Counted from the stretch's first letter, positions 28,663 to 39,203 are shown. The stretch: 61,062 bases of DNA from Bacillota bacterium (GCA_044425835.1 JAWXUZ010000001.1:1-61062); one strand, 5' to 3'. Numbers and translations are program-made. Notes: generated from the sequence alone by a model not told the origin.

Positions 28663-31008
28663 TTACGGCTTCACCACTTCGTATATCATATTTTGATTGT
28701 CCGCCCGCACTTTTAACATAGAAAAATTTTGATTCGCACTGCCACTCGATGTCCATAAATCAGGCAAATTAATATACCTCACTCCATTTTTCACCATCGA
28801 CCAATACTCCGTACCACTACTGATAACCACCAATACATTCTTCCCTTTTGCAGCATACCCCTCCATCACATTACGGAAAAATTCACCCTCTCCCAAAGAA
28901 GTAAATGACGCTGGTGTTTTGTCCGTCAATACGATAATATTCTGACTATTCGCTTCATCGAGGTCTTTCACCATCGCTGCGTACTGGCTCGGATCTGTAG
29001 CACTGATACTCCCCTCATCAGCTGAAATCATCGCAACACTCGTATTGTTTGACTCTGTAAATCGATAACTCCCCGTCCATGAAATCGTCGTTGTCGATGG
29101 TGCGGTTTGAATGTTACTGTCGCCACCGTAAATGGCAAGCCCCGCATTTTTATCGATTGCCGAACGCACTGCCTCTCTACGTGCTGCGTATGTAGACGAA
29201 CCTGTTGAGCCACCGTTGACGATATCGCCGACAATATTAATATAGAACGCACCATCATTTGCATACGTTACCGTTTGGTTTTGCGGATCCGCTTGTGCAG
29301 AGGCACTCGGTTTTTCAACTGCTGCTGCACCGCCAACTTGCACACCGATGTAGGCAACATGCCCCGATCTCGTCGCTTTGATGTACGTTGCTCCATTTGC
29401 TTTTGCTGTAAATTCTGTCCCCGAAATCGTCCCGATAGACGAATTCGCAATTTCATACGTCGTTGTGTTCGCTACATTATGCGAAAATCCATTGCCATCG
29501 ACTGCTTGTACGGAAATTGTCGCCGTATCGCCTACTGCTGAAAGTACAATGTCGCCACCTGAACTCAACTGCGATGTCGTAGAACAGAGAATGATCGGTG
29601 TCACACCCGCATACGTTTTGTAAAATGCAGCGACTTGGAAGGCTCCTGTTGTAGTCGGTGTAAATGCATTGCCTGACCACGTTCCTTCTTTATAAACGGC
29701 ATCGAAATATACATCATTGATTGGAATGTCAATGCGATTGTGATTTTCATCTAGTCCATATACTGAAAATGTAATCGGTGAATTGAGCATTGCCCCATCA
29801 GAATTTGCTTCGACTTTCAATTCTTGGATTGTGCCAGTTGCACGGTCTTGAAAAATCCCTACGGCACTGATTACTTTTCTTTCTGTGCCATCAGAAACTG
29901 TGTTTTGCACGACAAGTTCTGAATCTGTTGGCATTTGTGCCAGCAAAGTCGACGAGCCACCGCCATCCAAATGCATGGCATTGTGTCCGCCATACTGCTT
30001 CATGAGTGCAGCCGTTTCTTCGTGTGTCGCCCCGATGCTATCCACTCGACCGTCTACGACTAGAAAAATTGCTTTCGTGCCATCGCTTGAAATCCCAAAC
30101 GCACTTCTTGGCTGTCTGCCTGTTGGCAAATCTGGAGTCACAGTCGCTGTATTCCCATTTTCAAGGAGCAAACTACCCCCACCAAACCCAGTGACGATAT
30201 CATCGAAATTGACTGACGATTCATATGAAAAAGTAACGTTGTCCCCAACTGTAAATGCTTGCTCTGCCTCACCATAATTGACGTAGTGAATCAAAATGAC
30301 GTAGCCATTTTCTGGAATATCAACACGCACATTCGGTTCCGTAATGTTCATGATTTGGTCATTTTCTACGACAATTTTGATGATGCCCTCGATGTTGTCG
30401 TCGACGATATCTGTCGTCGTGCCAACCGTACGGTCGATATACACATGACGGTATACCGTTGCAATTTTATTGATATTTGCAATGTCAAGTGTCGTTGTGC
30501 CATTCGTAAATTTTGCACTCATTTGCAAATACGTAAAGAATTTTTGACTCTGTTCGTCCATAAAAAATGAGGCATATTGATTCGATTCATTGTTGAGCAA
30601 GGTGCTACCAAAGAGCAATTCCCCATCTTCCACCAAAGGCCCAAACGAGTAAGAATATAGCGTTGCTGTATGGAAAAAATCCCCATTGATGCCCGCAACA
30701 GCGTCATGATCGCCGAGTATTTTCCTTGCCGTTTCACGCAGTCCCGCATCCGTTGCACTCTCGATGCCCTTGAATGAAATGTCAGGGTCAGACAAATCAG
30801 CCGTCAATACGTGTACGTGTTGCAGACCGGCTTCTGTCAAATGTTGGCTGTGTATGTATTCGACACCTTTTGTCACCGTTTCACGGGTTGTTTCCAAATG
30901 GTATGTCGTCAGTGCATATGTTGTTGTTGTGGACAAACCCAGTCCAATTCCTACTGTGAGCAATGCTCCGATAACTCTATTTTTTTTGAATAATTTTGAT
31001 AGTTTCAT
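28663..31008 (-). CDS. Secreted phosphodiester glycosidase (NAGPA-like) family protein
   Basis: Signal peptide; AGINGDFF, QPRSAFG, VVDGR, AMHLDGGGSS; Ig-like repeats; degenerate phosphoesterase-like tail. Confidence 0.88.
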   Translation of the reverse strand: MKLSKLFKKNRVIGALLTVGIGLGLSTTTTYALTTYHLETTRETVTKGVEYIHSQHLTEAGLQHVHVLTADLSDPDISFKGIESATDAGLRETARKILGDHDAVAGINGDFFHTATLYSYSFGPLVEDGELLFGSTLLNNESNQYASFFMDEQSQKFFTYLQMSAKFTNGTTTLDIANINKIATVYRHVYIDRTVGTTTDIVDDNIEGIIKIVVENDQIMNITEPNVRVDIPENGYVILIHYVNYGEAEQAFTVGDNVTFSYESSVNFDDIVTGFGGGSLLLENGNTATVTPDLPTGRQPRSAFGISSDGTKAIFLVVDGRVDSIGATHEETAALMKQYGGHNAMHLDGGGSSTLLAQMPTDSELVVQNTVSDGTERKVISAVGIFQDRATGTIQELKVEANSDGAMLNSPITFSVYGLDENHNRIDIPINDVYFDAVYKEGTWSGNAFTPTTTGAFQVAAFYKTYAGVTPIILCSTTSQLSSGGDIVLSAVGDTATISVQAVDGNGFSHNVANTTTYEIANSSIGTISGTEFTAKANGATYIKATRSGHVAYIGVQVGGAAAVEKPSASAQADPQNQTVTYANDGAFYINIVGDIVNGGSTGSSTYAARREAVRSAIDKNAGLAIYGGDSNIQTAPSTTTISWTGSYRFTESNNTSVAMISADEGSISATDPSQYAAMVKDLDEANSQNIIVLTDKTPASFTSLGEGEFFRNVMEGYAAKGKNVLVVISSGTEYWSMVKNGVRYINLPDLWTSSGSANQNFSMLKVRADNQNMIYEVVKP

Positions 31009-31246
31009 AATTTTCAATCCCCCATATGTATATTTGTAAAATATTTCACTTTATATGTAAAACAAGTATAACATACTTCTTCAGCAATTGCTAGTAAATA
31101 TATAAAAATTAATAAATTTCTATGTATTTTTATTAATAATTACGTTATCACGTGTGCTTAATTTGTTAAATATTGTAAACAACTATTTCTAACAATGCAA
31201 TATATGGAATAAATAAGTAAAGTCATGACGAAATTCCATATTTTCT

Positions 31247-31276
31247 GCATACATATTTTGTCCCCTCGCATACAGT
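31247..31276 (+). promoter_or_regulatory. sigma-E-type sporulation promoter
   Basis: GCATACA-15-CATACAGT upstream of the GerS-like gene. Confidence 0.55.
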
Positions 31277-31306
31277 AAAAAAACATGATTTTTTGGAGGT
31301 ACGAGT

Positions 31307-31945
31307 ATGATCAAAAAAATAAAAAAGGGAATGGTGTCTCTACTGGTATTGTTTTGTGCCACAAGCAGTGTCGCTTGCACAAAAAAAGAGCCACTTTCAC
31401 AGCTAGAGCAAGTGCAAAAACAATTGCTTGAAATGGAGGGCTACTCAACGACAGCAACGCTGACGAGATTTTCAAACAAAGTCGAAACCGTTTACGAGAC
31501 ACAGCAAGATGTCAAAATCACAGGGGAATACCGCTTAGAATTGACTGCTCCAGATAGTGTCAAAGGGAATTATACACTCTTTGATGGCGAGAGAATTTGC
31601 CAATTTAACGAGAGTTTGCAGTCAAATATCATTCATGATGTGCCAGAATCACAAAGTCGGAACGAGTTATTTTTGAATTGTTTTATAGAAAATTACTTGA
31701 AGTCAGAGGGGGTGGCGGTTTCTGCAAGTACACTAGATGAGAGCAAATGCATTGTGCTTGAGGCCGTCGTGCCAAACAACGAGAGTACCATCTCTTTTGA
31801 AAAGTTATGGATCGATAGCGAAACACTTTTGCCCGTGCGACTGAGTTTATACGATACCAACAACGAGGAACGGTACCGCATAGACTACAATGAATTTACA
31901 TACAATCCAGAATTTGATGAAAGTATTTTTGTAATCATGGAATAA
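31307..31945 (+). CDS. LolA-fold lipoprotein (GerS-like)
   Basis: Lipobox SVAC; YRLEL.AP..KGN..FDG, KLWID..T.LP, YN.F.YNP..D..IF; position upstream of ndoA. Confidence 0.7.
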   Translation: MIKKIKKGMVSLLVLFCATSSVACTKKEPLSQLEQVQKQLLEMEGYSTTATLTRFSNKVETVYETQQDVKITGEYRLELTAPDSVKGNYTLFDGERICQFNESLQSNIIHDVPESQSRNELFLNCFIENYLKSEGVAVSASTLDESKCIVLEAVVPNNESTISFEKLWIDSETLLPVRLSLYDTNNEERYRIDYNEFTYNPEFDESIFVIME

Positions 31946-32108
31946 AGGCAAATTCTTTGGGCAATACTTTGAATAACCAAGACAGGAGCATTTCCCAATA
32001 CTACATATGGAGTTCAATTTTCCAGTATTAGTCACAAATTTAGTGACTACACAAGAAAAACTTCCATACCTCCTGCGGTGGACAAAATGAAAGGAGGTTT
32101 GACCAATT

Positions 32109-32453
32109 ATGATGGTTCGACGAGGAGATATATATTTTGCCGATTTGAGTCCTGTCGTCGGCAGTGAACAAGGAGGGACTCGCCCTGTCTTAATCATACA
32201 AAATGATGTTGGAAACAAGTATAGCCCAACGATTATTTGTGCAGCGATTACGTCGCAGATGAACAAAGCGAAATTGCCCACGCACATACCGCTTTCTACG
32301 AGTCATTGCACCTTGCCCAAAGATTCAGTCATATTGCTTGAGCAAATACGCACCATAGACAAACAGCGTTTGCGAGAGCGTGTCTGCCATTTGGAGACGA
32401 GTTTGATGGAAAAAGTCAATTTGAGTTTGTTGATTAGTTTGGGGTTGACATAA
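32109..32453 (+). CDS. mazF: MazF/PemK endoribonuclease (NdoA/EndoA-like), no adjacent antitoxin
   Basis: [52 protein letters not shown]. Confidence 0.96.
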   Translation: MMVRRGDIYFADLSPVVGSEQGGTRPVLIIQNDVGNKYSPTIICAAITSQMNKAKLPTHIPLSTSHCTLPKDSVILLEQIRTIDKQRLRERVCHLETSLMEKVNLSLLISLGLT

Positions 32454-32461
32454 AAAGAAAA

Positions 32462-32498
32462 GAAAGCACCTACCAACAAGAAGTTGATTGGTGCTTTC
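32462..32498. terminator. Hairpin between convergent genes
   Basis: GAAAGCACC...GGTGCTTTC. Confidence 0.5.
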
Positions 32499-32513
32499 CC
32501 CTGACTCGTAAAA

Positions 32514-32717
32514 TTATTGTTTGATTAATTCAGATTCAAACCGTTCTTTCAATTTTTTGTAATAGTTACTCACAGATTTATCTCCTTCGTTGTTCATAAA
32601 CAAACAAAAGGGTAGACTGTCTGTATTTTTGTGCTTAACGACACACTGACAACAAATTCCGTTGTTGGGACAAGTCTTTTTGGGGCAAGGACACTCTTTC
32701 ACATTAGAACAAGCCAT
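32514..32717 (-). CDS. Small Cys-rich protein (DUF6485-like)
   Basis: CPC...CPNNGICCQCVVKH...LPFC; RBS AAGGAGG. Confidence 0.7.
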   Translation of the reverse strand: MACSNVKECPCPKKTCPNNGICCQCVVKHKNTDSLPFCLFMNNEGDKSVSNYYKKLKERFESELIKQ

Positions 32718-32743
32718 AATTTACCTCCTTTGGATGGATTTCA

Positions 32744-33067
32744 TTAGAACCCCTGTTTTTTCAGCAATTCTTCTGCTTGCTCCACTTTAATCAAAGAGCC
32801 TTGTGCCACAACACGGCTGTCAATCACCAGTGCAGGGGTAGACATCACACCATACTTTGCAATTTGCTCCATATCCCCGATGTTCACCACTGTTTCTTCT
32901 AACCCCATCTGTGCCGTAGCTTGTTTGACGTTCTCGAAACTTTGCGAACTTTTTTGACAACAAGCTCCCAATACAAGGATTCTTGCTCCCTCGATGTCAG
33001 AAATTCCACACTGACTTCCACATGCACATTCCGCTGTGACCTTTTCTTTTTTACCAAAACCAAACAT
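32744..33067 (-). CDS. Thioredoxin-like redox protein (MTH895/TM0996 type)
   Basis: VLGACCQKS, IAKYGVMSTPALVID. Confidence 0.85.
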   Translation of the reverse strand: MFGFGKKEKVTAECACGSQCGISDIEGARILVLGACCQKSSQSFENVKQATAQMGLEETVVNIGDMEQIAKYGVMSTPALVIDSRVVAQGSLIKVEQAEELLKKQGF

Positions 33068-33079
33068 ACCAAATACCTC

Positions 33080-34105
33080 CTAAATTAAAAATTCTTGTAA
33101 ATAGTTAAACAAATATCCAACTGCAACGATTCCAAAGGTACAAATTCCTACAAAGACAGATAAAAGTTTCGGTTTTACCGCTTTTTTCAGCATAATCAAC
33201 GATGGCAAACTAAGTGTTGTCACAGCCATCATAAAGGCTAGAATCGTACCCAGTTCAGCACCTTTGCCTAATAAGGCTTCTGCCACAGGAATTGTACCAA
33301 AAATGTCAGCATACATAGGTATACCGCAAATTGTTGCCAAAATAACACCAAAGGGATTATGACTACCAAGAACTGATTCAATCACTTCCTCTGGTATCCA
33401 CTGATGAATAAATGCTCCAATACCCACACCCACCACGATGTATGGAAATACTTTTTTTAGTGTTTCCATCACTTGCTCTTTCGCAAAATTACAACGGTCA
33501 TTTTTGGTGAGGTCAGGAGACTCCACATTGATAGAGCCAGCAGATAACACATAAGATTCTACCAGATTTTCTATGCCCTGTTTTCTTCCCCACTGTTCAA
33601 TGAAAGTTCCTCCAACTACAGCGACAATTAGTCCAAATACTACATAAATTATGGCAACTTCTGCTCCAAAAATCCCCATAAGCAAGGCAAGACTTGCCAA
33701 GTCAACCATTGGTGATGAGATAAGAAATGAAAATGTCACTCCCAAAGGCAAACCAGCAGAAGTGAATCCCATAAAGAGCGGAATGGAAGAACAAGAGCAA
33801 AAAGGGGTGACTGTTCCCAATAATGCTGATACAATATTTGCCTGAATCCCCTTAAATTTACCCAAAATCTGCTTGCTTCGTTCTGGTGGAAAATAACTTT
33901 GAATGTAAGAAATGAGGAATATCAACGTACAGAGTAAAATCGTAATTTTTATCATGTCATAAAGGAAAAAGTGTAAACTACCTCCTATTTTGCTAGATGT
34001 ATCAACTCCTATCCCCTCTAAAATCGTGGTCATTCCTCGGTGCAACCAAGCCATACCCAACAATTCATCTTGGAGAAAATCCCACAATATTTTTATCAAT
34101 TCCAT
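33080..34105 (-). CDS. ArsP-type permease (DUF318)
   Basis: TPFCSCSSIP, SFLISSP, GIPMYAD, LSLPS; start moved to ATG 34105. Confidence 0.88.
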   Translation of the reverse strand: MELIKILWDFLQDELLGMAWLHRGMTTILEGIGVDTSSKIGGSLHFFLYDMIKITILLCTLIFLISYIQSYFPPERSKQILGKFKGIQANIVSALLGTVTPFCSCSSIPLFMGFTSAGLPLGVTFSFLISSPMVDLASLALLMGIFGAEVAIIYVVFGLIVAVVGGTFIEQWGRKQGIENLVESYVLSAGSINVESPDLTKNDRCNFAKEQVMETLKKVFPYIVVGVGIGAFIHQWIPEEVIESVLGSHNPFGVILATICGIPMYADIFGTIPVAEALLGKGAELGTILAFMMAVTTLSLPSLIMLKKAVKPKLLSVFVGICTFGIVAVGYLFNYLQEFLI

Positions 34106-34120
34106 AATAATACCTTCTTT

Positions 34121-34197
34121 CATCAATTTTTTTTGATTTGTCATTTCCAAAAAAACATTGCATATACAATGTGATACATCAATTTTTTTTGATGTAT
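34121..34197. promoter_or_regulatory. Two ArsR-operator-like palindromes before the permease
   Basis: CATCAA-T-tract-TTGAT near 34121-34137 and ATACATCAA-T-tract-TTGATGTAT near 34174-34197. Confidence 0.6.
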
Positions 34198-34241
34198 TGT
34201 TTTGAAGAAAATCACTGACTATGTTAGGCAGTGATTTTAAG

Positions 34242-34556
34242 TTATTCCGTATAAAGCAGTTGTTCTATTAGGGAAAATGCAGTTTCTTTGCCGTTCCTAC
34301 TGATTTTATAGTGTGTCCATTTGCCCACTTGCCAACTTTCTACGATACCAGATTCTACTAATATCTTCATGTGGTAAGAGAGTGCTGATTGGGCAATTCC
34401 AGTTTCGTCAATTATGTCACAAGCACAATGCTCCCCACGTCTAAGAATTTCTAAGACGACAAGGCGTTTAGAGTCGCATAATGCTTTGAATACTTTGGCA
34501 TTTTGGGTATGGTCAGTGACGTTTATCATATCTGCTGTAGGTTTTTCCTGTGACAC
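34242..34556 (-). CDS. arsR: ArsR/SmtB family repressor
   Basis: FKALCD..RL, EHCACD metal/arsenite motif, QSALSYHMKIL, GKWTHY. Confidence 0.88.
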   Translation of the reverse strand: MSQEKPTADMINVTDHTQNAKVFKALCDSKRLVVLEILRRGEHCACDIIDETGIAQSALSYHMKILVESGIVESWQVGKWTHYKISRNGKETAFSLIEQLLYTE

Positions 34557-34575
34557 GTTTGTTCACCTCCTTCTC

Positions 34576-34632
34576 GTATCAAAATTTCTTGATATAACAA
34601 TCTTATACCACATATCAAAATTTGTCAATATG
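34576..34632 (-). promoter_or_regulatory. arsR promoter with two overlapping operator-like sites
   Basis: TTGACA(34628-34623)-17-TAAGAT(34605-34600); TATCAAAATTTCTTGATA and CATATCAAAATTTGTCAATATG. Confidence 0.65.
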
Positions 34633-34688
34633 TTTTTTGAAAATAATTAAAAAATTTGTCTAGGGTGTGTTGAGTTCGGGGTCGACAT

Positions 34689-34722
34689 AAAAAATGGAAG
34701 AGCATAAGCCCTCCCATTTTTT
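34689..34722. terminator. Terminator after the MCP gene
   Basis: AAAAATGG..G...CTCCCATTTTTT hairpin with A/T tracts on both sides. Confidence 0.55.
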
Positions 34723-34753
34723 CATTGCAAATCAACTTTTTTAAAACTATAAG

Positions 34754-36856
34754 TTATTGTTTCACATGGAACCGCTGAATCATTTCTTGCAAAGATGCCG
34801 CCTCTGCCAACAATTCTTCACTTGCTGCCGCACTTTCTTCAGAAGTTGCACTATTGGATTGCACGACTTCTGCAATTTGGTCAATTTCGTTCGCTACTTT
34901 TCCAATGGCTTCCGCCTGTTCTGTCGAGGCACTTGCAATGTCTTGAATCAATGCCGTCGTATCATCAATTTGTTCAATGACTACATTCATAGAGCTTTCA
35001 GAAGAATACGCAACTTTCGTTCCTATTTCAATTGCATTTATCGAATTTTGAATCAAATCTGTTGTACTTTGTGCTGCTTCCGCACTTTTGCTGGCAAGGT
35101 TTCGCACTTCATCTGCAACGACTGCAAAGCCTTTTCCTGCTTGCCCTGCTCGTGCTGCCTCAACGGCTGCATTGAGTGCCAAAATATTTGTTTGGAACGC
35201 AATGTCATCAATGGTTTTTACGATTTTTATAATTTCGTTAGAAGATGTAGTGATGTTATCCATCGCCTCAACCACTTCTCGAATATGATCGTAACTATCT
35301 TTGATTCCACCAGCGAATTCAACGAATTTTTCTTCTGCTTGTGAAGATGTATTTGCATTGAGTTTCGTATTTTCAGCAATATTTGCCATAGAATCTCTAA
35401 GGACTTCAACGCTTCGCAACTGATCCATCGCTCCACCGCTTAAAATCTCAGCCGAAGATGCCACTTTTCTTGCACCCGCTTCTACTTGTGTTGAGGAACT
35501 GTTGATGTCAATCATAATTTCATTCATACTAGAAACAATGTCTTTCATCGATATTTCAATATTTTCCAAATCACCGTAATACTCCGCAGTAGAATCTACG
35601 TCAAGTTCACCGTTGCTGACCGATTCTAGTACTTCTGTGATGTCTTTTATAATTTCATTCAAAGTGTAGCCCATTTGTGCAAATGTATTGGCGAGTATGC
35701 CGATTTCATCTTCCGAATGTATGTCTAGTGTAAAATCAAAACTACCTTGTGAGAGTTGTTCTGAAACGTCTGCCAACGTTTTGAGTGGACTCAAATTTTT
35801 GATTAACAAACGACTCAAAATCGTACCTGTTATAATGCCACCAATTAGAGAAACGACAATCAAAAGTATGGTACTAGAAATGACATCTTGATACATATCC
35901 GCAGTTTCAAGGGCAGTCACCGACCACCATGTATACCCACCCAATGTAATTGGCGAAAAGAAAAAATGTAGTGTGTTTCCTGCATTGTCTTTCATCGAGC
36001 TATTGAATGCAACCCCTTTGTTGATGTTTTCTAACACGTTATTGTAATCATTCGTATCGGCAAATAAACTAGAAAATGATGTCCCCAAAGTGCTGTTTCC
36101 ACTGCCATCGTAAGCAATCCCCAAAGTGTGATCAAGCACTGCCGAAAACATGCTTGGGTAATGTTCGTTTCGACTATCGACATATTGCATACGCTCTATG
36201 GAAATATCCGAGGCCATGACGCCAATAAATGCATTGTCTTTGTACATTGGCAAGCATAAAGAAAATACGTATATCCCCTCATCTGTTGGGTATGGGCTTG
36301 TCGCATACAATGCTTGTGCCGCTTTGGGACCTGTATAAAATTCTTCGCCCTTGAAATCTGCATAATCCATGAAATGCTCCACAGGTTGGTTGACAGTACT
36401 TTCTGTAATATAAAAACTATATTCAGGCAAATTTTCATGTATTGCATAAGGGTCTAATATAATCCCCATACCAACGATATCTGCTGAACGAGATGTCGTA
36501 TTTTTCATGGAATGCAACATATATTCTTCCCATACTGCTACATCTTTTGGAATTTCTGCCCCGTAAATTTCACTTTTTACTGCCTCCTCAGATGCCACGT
36601 CATCTGAAAATGCATTCATCAAATCTGTCGAATACATCTCGATATCTTCGAGTGGTGACAATGCCAAATTGAAAATACCTTGAATTTGATGTGCATTGCT
36701 TTCTGATTGTGTTGTAAATTCATCAAAAATCGCAGTCGTCAAATGTGTGGTAAGTGACCAACTCCCCATAAAAATTGTCAAGCCGCACGTCGCAATGAGC
36801 AATGAAATTACAATTGCTGTAATGCGATTGACCAAACTTTTTTTAAAAAACTTCAT
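34754..36856 (-). CDS. Methyl-accepting chemotaxis protein (Cache + HAMP)
   Basis: Two TM helices, [42 protein letters not shown]. Confidence 0.96.
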   Translation of the reverse strand: MKFFKKSLVNRITAIVISLLIATCGLTIFMGSWSLTTHLTTAIFDEFTTQSESNAHQIQGIFNLALSPLEDIEMYSTDLMNAFSDDVASEEAVKSEIYGAEIPKDVAVWEEYMLHSMKNTTSRSADIVGMGIILDPYAIHENLPEYSFYITESTVNQPVEHFMDYADFKGEEFYTGPKAAQALYATSPYPTDEGIYVFSLCLPMYKDNAFIGVMASDISIERMQYVDSRNEHYPSMFSAVLDHTLGIAYDGSGNSTLGTSFSSLFADTNDYNNVLENINKGVAFNSSMKDNAGNTLHFFFSPITLGGYTWWSVTALETADMYQDVISSTILLIVVSLIGGIITGTILSRLLIKNLSPLKTLADVSEQLSQGSFDFTLDIHSEDEIGILANTFAQMGYTLNEIIKDITEVLESVSNGELDVDSTAEYYGDLENIEISMKDIVSSMNEIMIDINSSSTQVEAGARKVASSAEILSGGAMDQLRSVEVLRDSMANIAENTKLNANTSSQAEEKFVEFAGGIKDSYDHIREVVEAMDNITTSSNEIIKIVKTIDDIAFQTNILALNAAVEAARAGQAGKGFAVVADEVRNLASKSAEAAQSTTDLIQNSINAIEIGTKVAYSSESSMNVVIEQIDDTTALIQDIASASTEQAEAIGKVANEIDQIAEVVQSNSATSEESAAASEELLAEAASLQEMIQRFHVKQ

Positions 36857-36980
36857 ATTGCACGCCCCTTCCTTCCTCTACTTTCATTAAATCTATAAAA
36901 CTTATTTATGCTTATTACTTAAATAGTACATAAAAAAACAAAGAATGTCAAGTTTTTTAAAGAAAACTTCCGTAGCCAAC

Positions 36981-38927
36981 TTACGGTTGGAATACCCAAG
37001 CTTTATAAAATGCAGACTGCACCGCACCAACGATTCTTCCAGGAATTTCCGCACTACCTACAGCGATGGTATTGAAGCCTGCTTTCTCAAACTCCTCAAC
37101 CACCTCAGGTTGCGGACGTGTTCCCAAAGACAAAATGACAGTATCTGCTTCTACGACTTTCGTTTCTTTCGTTTTTATATGCACAAGCTCCACACCGTGG
37201 TCAAGCACTTGCTCCAATCGGTAAGAAGTCAATTCCGTAGGTGCATGTGGTTTAATTCTGCCATATGTATCATTAAATAATACAGGGAAAATGCCTTGCC
37301 CGAGTACTGGATTTTGTTCTACAATCGTGAGTTCAATGCCTTTTCCGAGTATGACATCGGCACATTCCAAACCAGTCAAGCCAGACCCAATCAAAACAGC
37401 TGTTTTTCCAGAAGTCGCATTGCCTGAAATGACATCTTCAGCCAAAACTGCTTCTTCAATTCCAGGAATCGAATATGGAATGATTGGAAACGAGCCAACG
37501 GCAATGAATACCCCAACAGGAGAAATTTTTTCTACGGCTTCTACTGTGGCTTTTGTGTTGAGTAAAATATTGACACCAAGGGAACGCAATTCATTTTCCA
37601 TGGTTTGGTACATCATCGGTAAATTGCCTTTGTACGGTGGTATTTTTGCAATTTTCATCGTGCCACCCAAGCTATCCGATTGCTCTAGGAGTGTCACAGC
37701 GAACCCTCTTTTTTTCAATATGATTGCCGCTTCCATACCAGCAGGCCCTCCGCCGATCACAACAACCGTCTGGTCTTGTCCATCTTTTTGCAAATCTTTC
37801 CAGTTATATGCATATTCTCGTCCCAAACGAGGATTGACTGAGCATTGTACCGGCAATCCTTGTATCTGCAAACGCTCTCTGCAATACATACAACCAATGC
37901 AACGGTTGATTTTATCTGCTTGTTCTTTCTTTGCCTTATTCATAAATTCAGGATCGGCAAACTGCGAACGCCCAAGCCCCACAAAATCACTCACACCATC
38001 TTTTAATAGACTTTCTGCAAAGTCAGGTGTTTTGATTGTGTTCGTTGCAATGATTGGAATATCGAGTGCATCTTTGAAAGCTTTTGCAACGTCTCTTTTC
38101 CAACCGGGTACATGAGAATATGGGTCACAGTTGGCATTGGCATTCCACGCACTTCCGTTAGATACATTGAGTGCATCAATGCCTTGTCCTGCTAGGTATT
38201 TTCCAATTTCCAAGCCATCTTCTAAAGTCAAAAAGCCTTCTTGTTTCGTCATTTCATCTCCAGAAATTCGTACTGTCAAAGGGTAATTGCCTAATTTTTT
38301 CCGAATGGCTTTGATGATATCCACAACGAAACGACATCGATTTTCAACACTACCGCCGTACATATCCGTTCTTTGGTTGTAGTATTTGCTGAAGAATTGG
38401 GCAATCAAATACGAATGTGCCCCGTGCAATTCCACACCGTCAAAGCCTGCTTTTTTACAGCGGACAGCCGCATTGACGAATTTTCTTTGTACTCGTTCGA
38501 TATCTTCTAGTGTCATCGCCACTGGCATTTCGCCACCGGGTACCATAGGCACTCCGCTTGGGCTTAAGTTTTGGCGACCTGTATTTGCTGATTTTGAAGT
38601 CGCTCCAGCGTGGTGCAATTGGGCGAAAATTTTCGCTCCGTATGCATGGACTGCGTTCGTCAATTCTTCTGCTGGTTTGATGTTACGGTCTTCTGCCATT
38701 CTAAAATTATGGATTGACGGAATGGAATCGATGTGATCGACACCTGTATATTCAGTGATAATCAAGCCGATACCGCCTTTGGCTCTTTCTTCGTAATACG
38801 CAATCGATCTTCTTGTGGCATTGCCGTTGGTATCGGCGAGGTCTGTCGCCATTGGACTCATAACACCTCTATTTTTAATCATGAGCGAACCAATGTTTAG
38901 CGGTGTGAACAAAGTTTCATATTTCAT
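36981..38927 (-). CDS. NADH:flavin oxidoreductase (Old Yellow Enzyme / FadH-like, Fe-S + FAD)
   Basis: KNR..MSPM, QLHHAG, GFDGVELHGAHSYL, CIGCMYC..C.VNP, GGGPAGMEAA. Confidence 0.92.
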   Translation of the reverse strand: MKYETLFTPLNIGSLMIKNRGVMSPMATDLADTNGNATRRSIAYYEERAKGGIGLIITEYTGVDHIDSIPSIHNFRMAEDRNIKPAEELTNAVHAYGAKIFAQLHHAGATSKSANTGRQNLSPSGVPMVPGGEMPVAMTLEDIERVQRKFVNAAVRCKKAGFDGVELHGAHSYLIAQFFSKYYNQRTDMYGGSVENRCRFVVDIIKAIRKKLGNYPLTVRISGDEMTKQEGFLTLEDGLEIGKYLAGQGIDALNVSNGSAWNANANCDPYSHVPGWKRDVAKAFKDALDIPIIATNTIKTPDFAESLLKDGVSDFVGLGRSQFADPEFMNKAKKEQADKINRCIGCMYCRERLQIQGLPVQCSVNPRLGREYAYNWKDLQKDGQDQTVVVIGGGPAGMEAAIILKKRGFAVTLLEQSDSLGGTMKIAKIPPYKGNLPMMYQTMENELRSLGVNILLNTKATVEAVEKISPVGVFIAVGSFPIIPYSIPGIEEAVLAEDVISGNATSGKTAVLIGSGLTGLECADVILGKGIELTIVEQNPVLGQGIFPVLFNDTYGRIKPHAPTELTSYRLEQVLDHGVELVHIKTKETKVVEADTVILSLGTRPQPEVVEEFEKAGFNTIAVGSAEIPGRIVGAVQSAFYKAWVFQP

Positions 38928-39038
38928 ATGCGATTCCTCCTTAGTCTAATAACGATTGACCCACCCATAACTACAGGCAAATTGTAAACATTTTCCACCA
39001 TCTTAGCACAAAATAACGCACTTGTCCACTTAATAAAT

Positions 39039-39203
39039 TTAAGGGCACCTCTAAAAACCTATGATATCATCTTTTCAGGGAATCATTTTCGTCATTATTC
39101 CCTAAAGTCTTTGTGGACATCTCTGATATCTCCTGCTTTTTTGTGAATAATAACGAAAAAATTTCATAAAAATCTTAATTCTTAGGGATAGAGATGCCCT
39201 TAA
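39039..39203. mobile_element. 157-bp MITE flanked by TTAA
   Basis: TTAA-GGGCACCTCTA...TAGAGATGCCC-TTAA; internal IR TTTTCGTCATTATTC / GAATAATAACGAAAA. Confidence 0.65.

Noticed and set aside
31971-32003. Forespore-type promoter GAATA...AATACTA before mazF
   Set aside because: Spacing of about 21 bp is too long.
37291-38115. Long antisense ORFs (also 17881-18507, 34757-35344, 44475-44969, 31847-32287)
   Set aside because: Shadows of well-supported genes on the other strand; no RBS or recognisable motifs. 31847-32287 was considered as a MazF antitoxin but has no antitoxin features.
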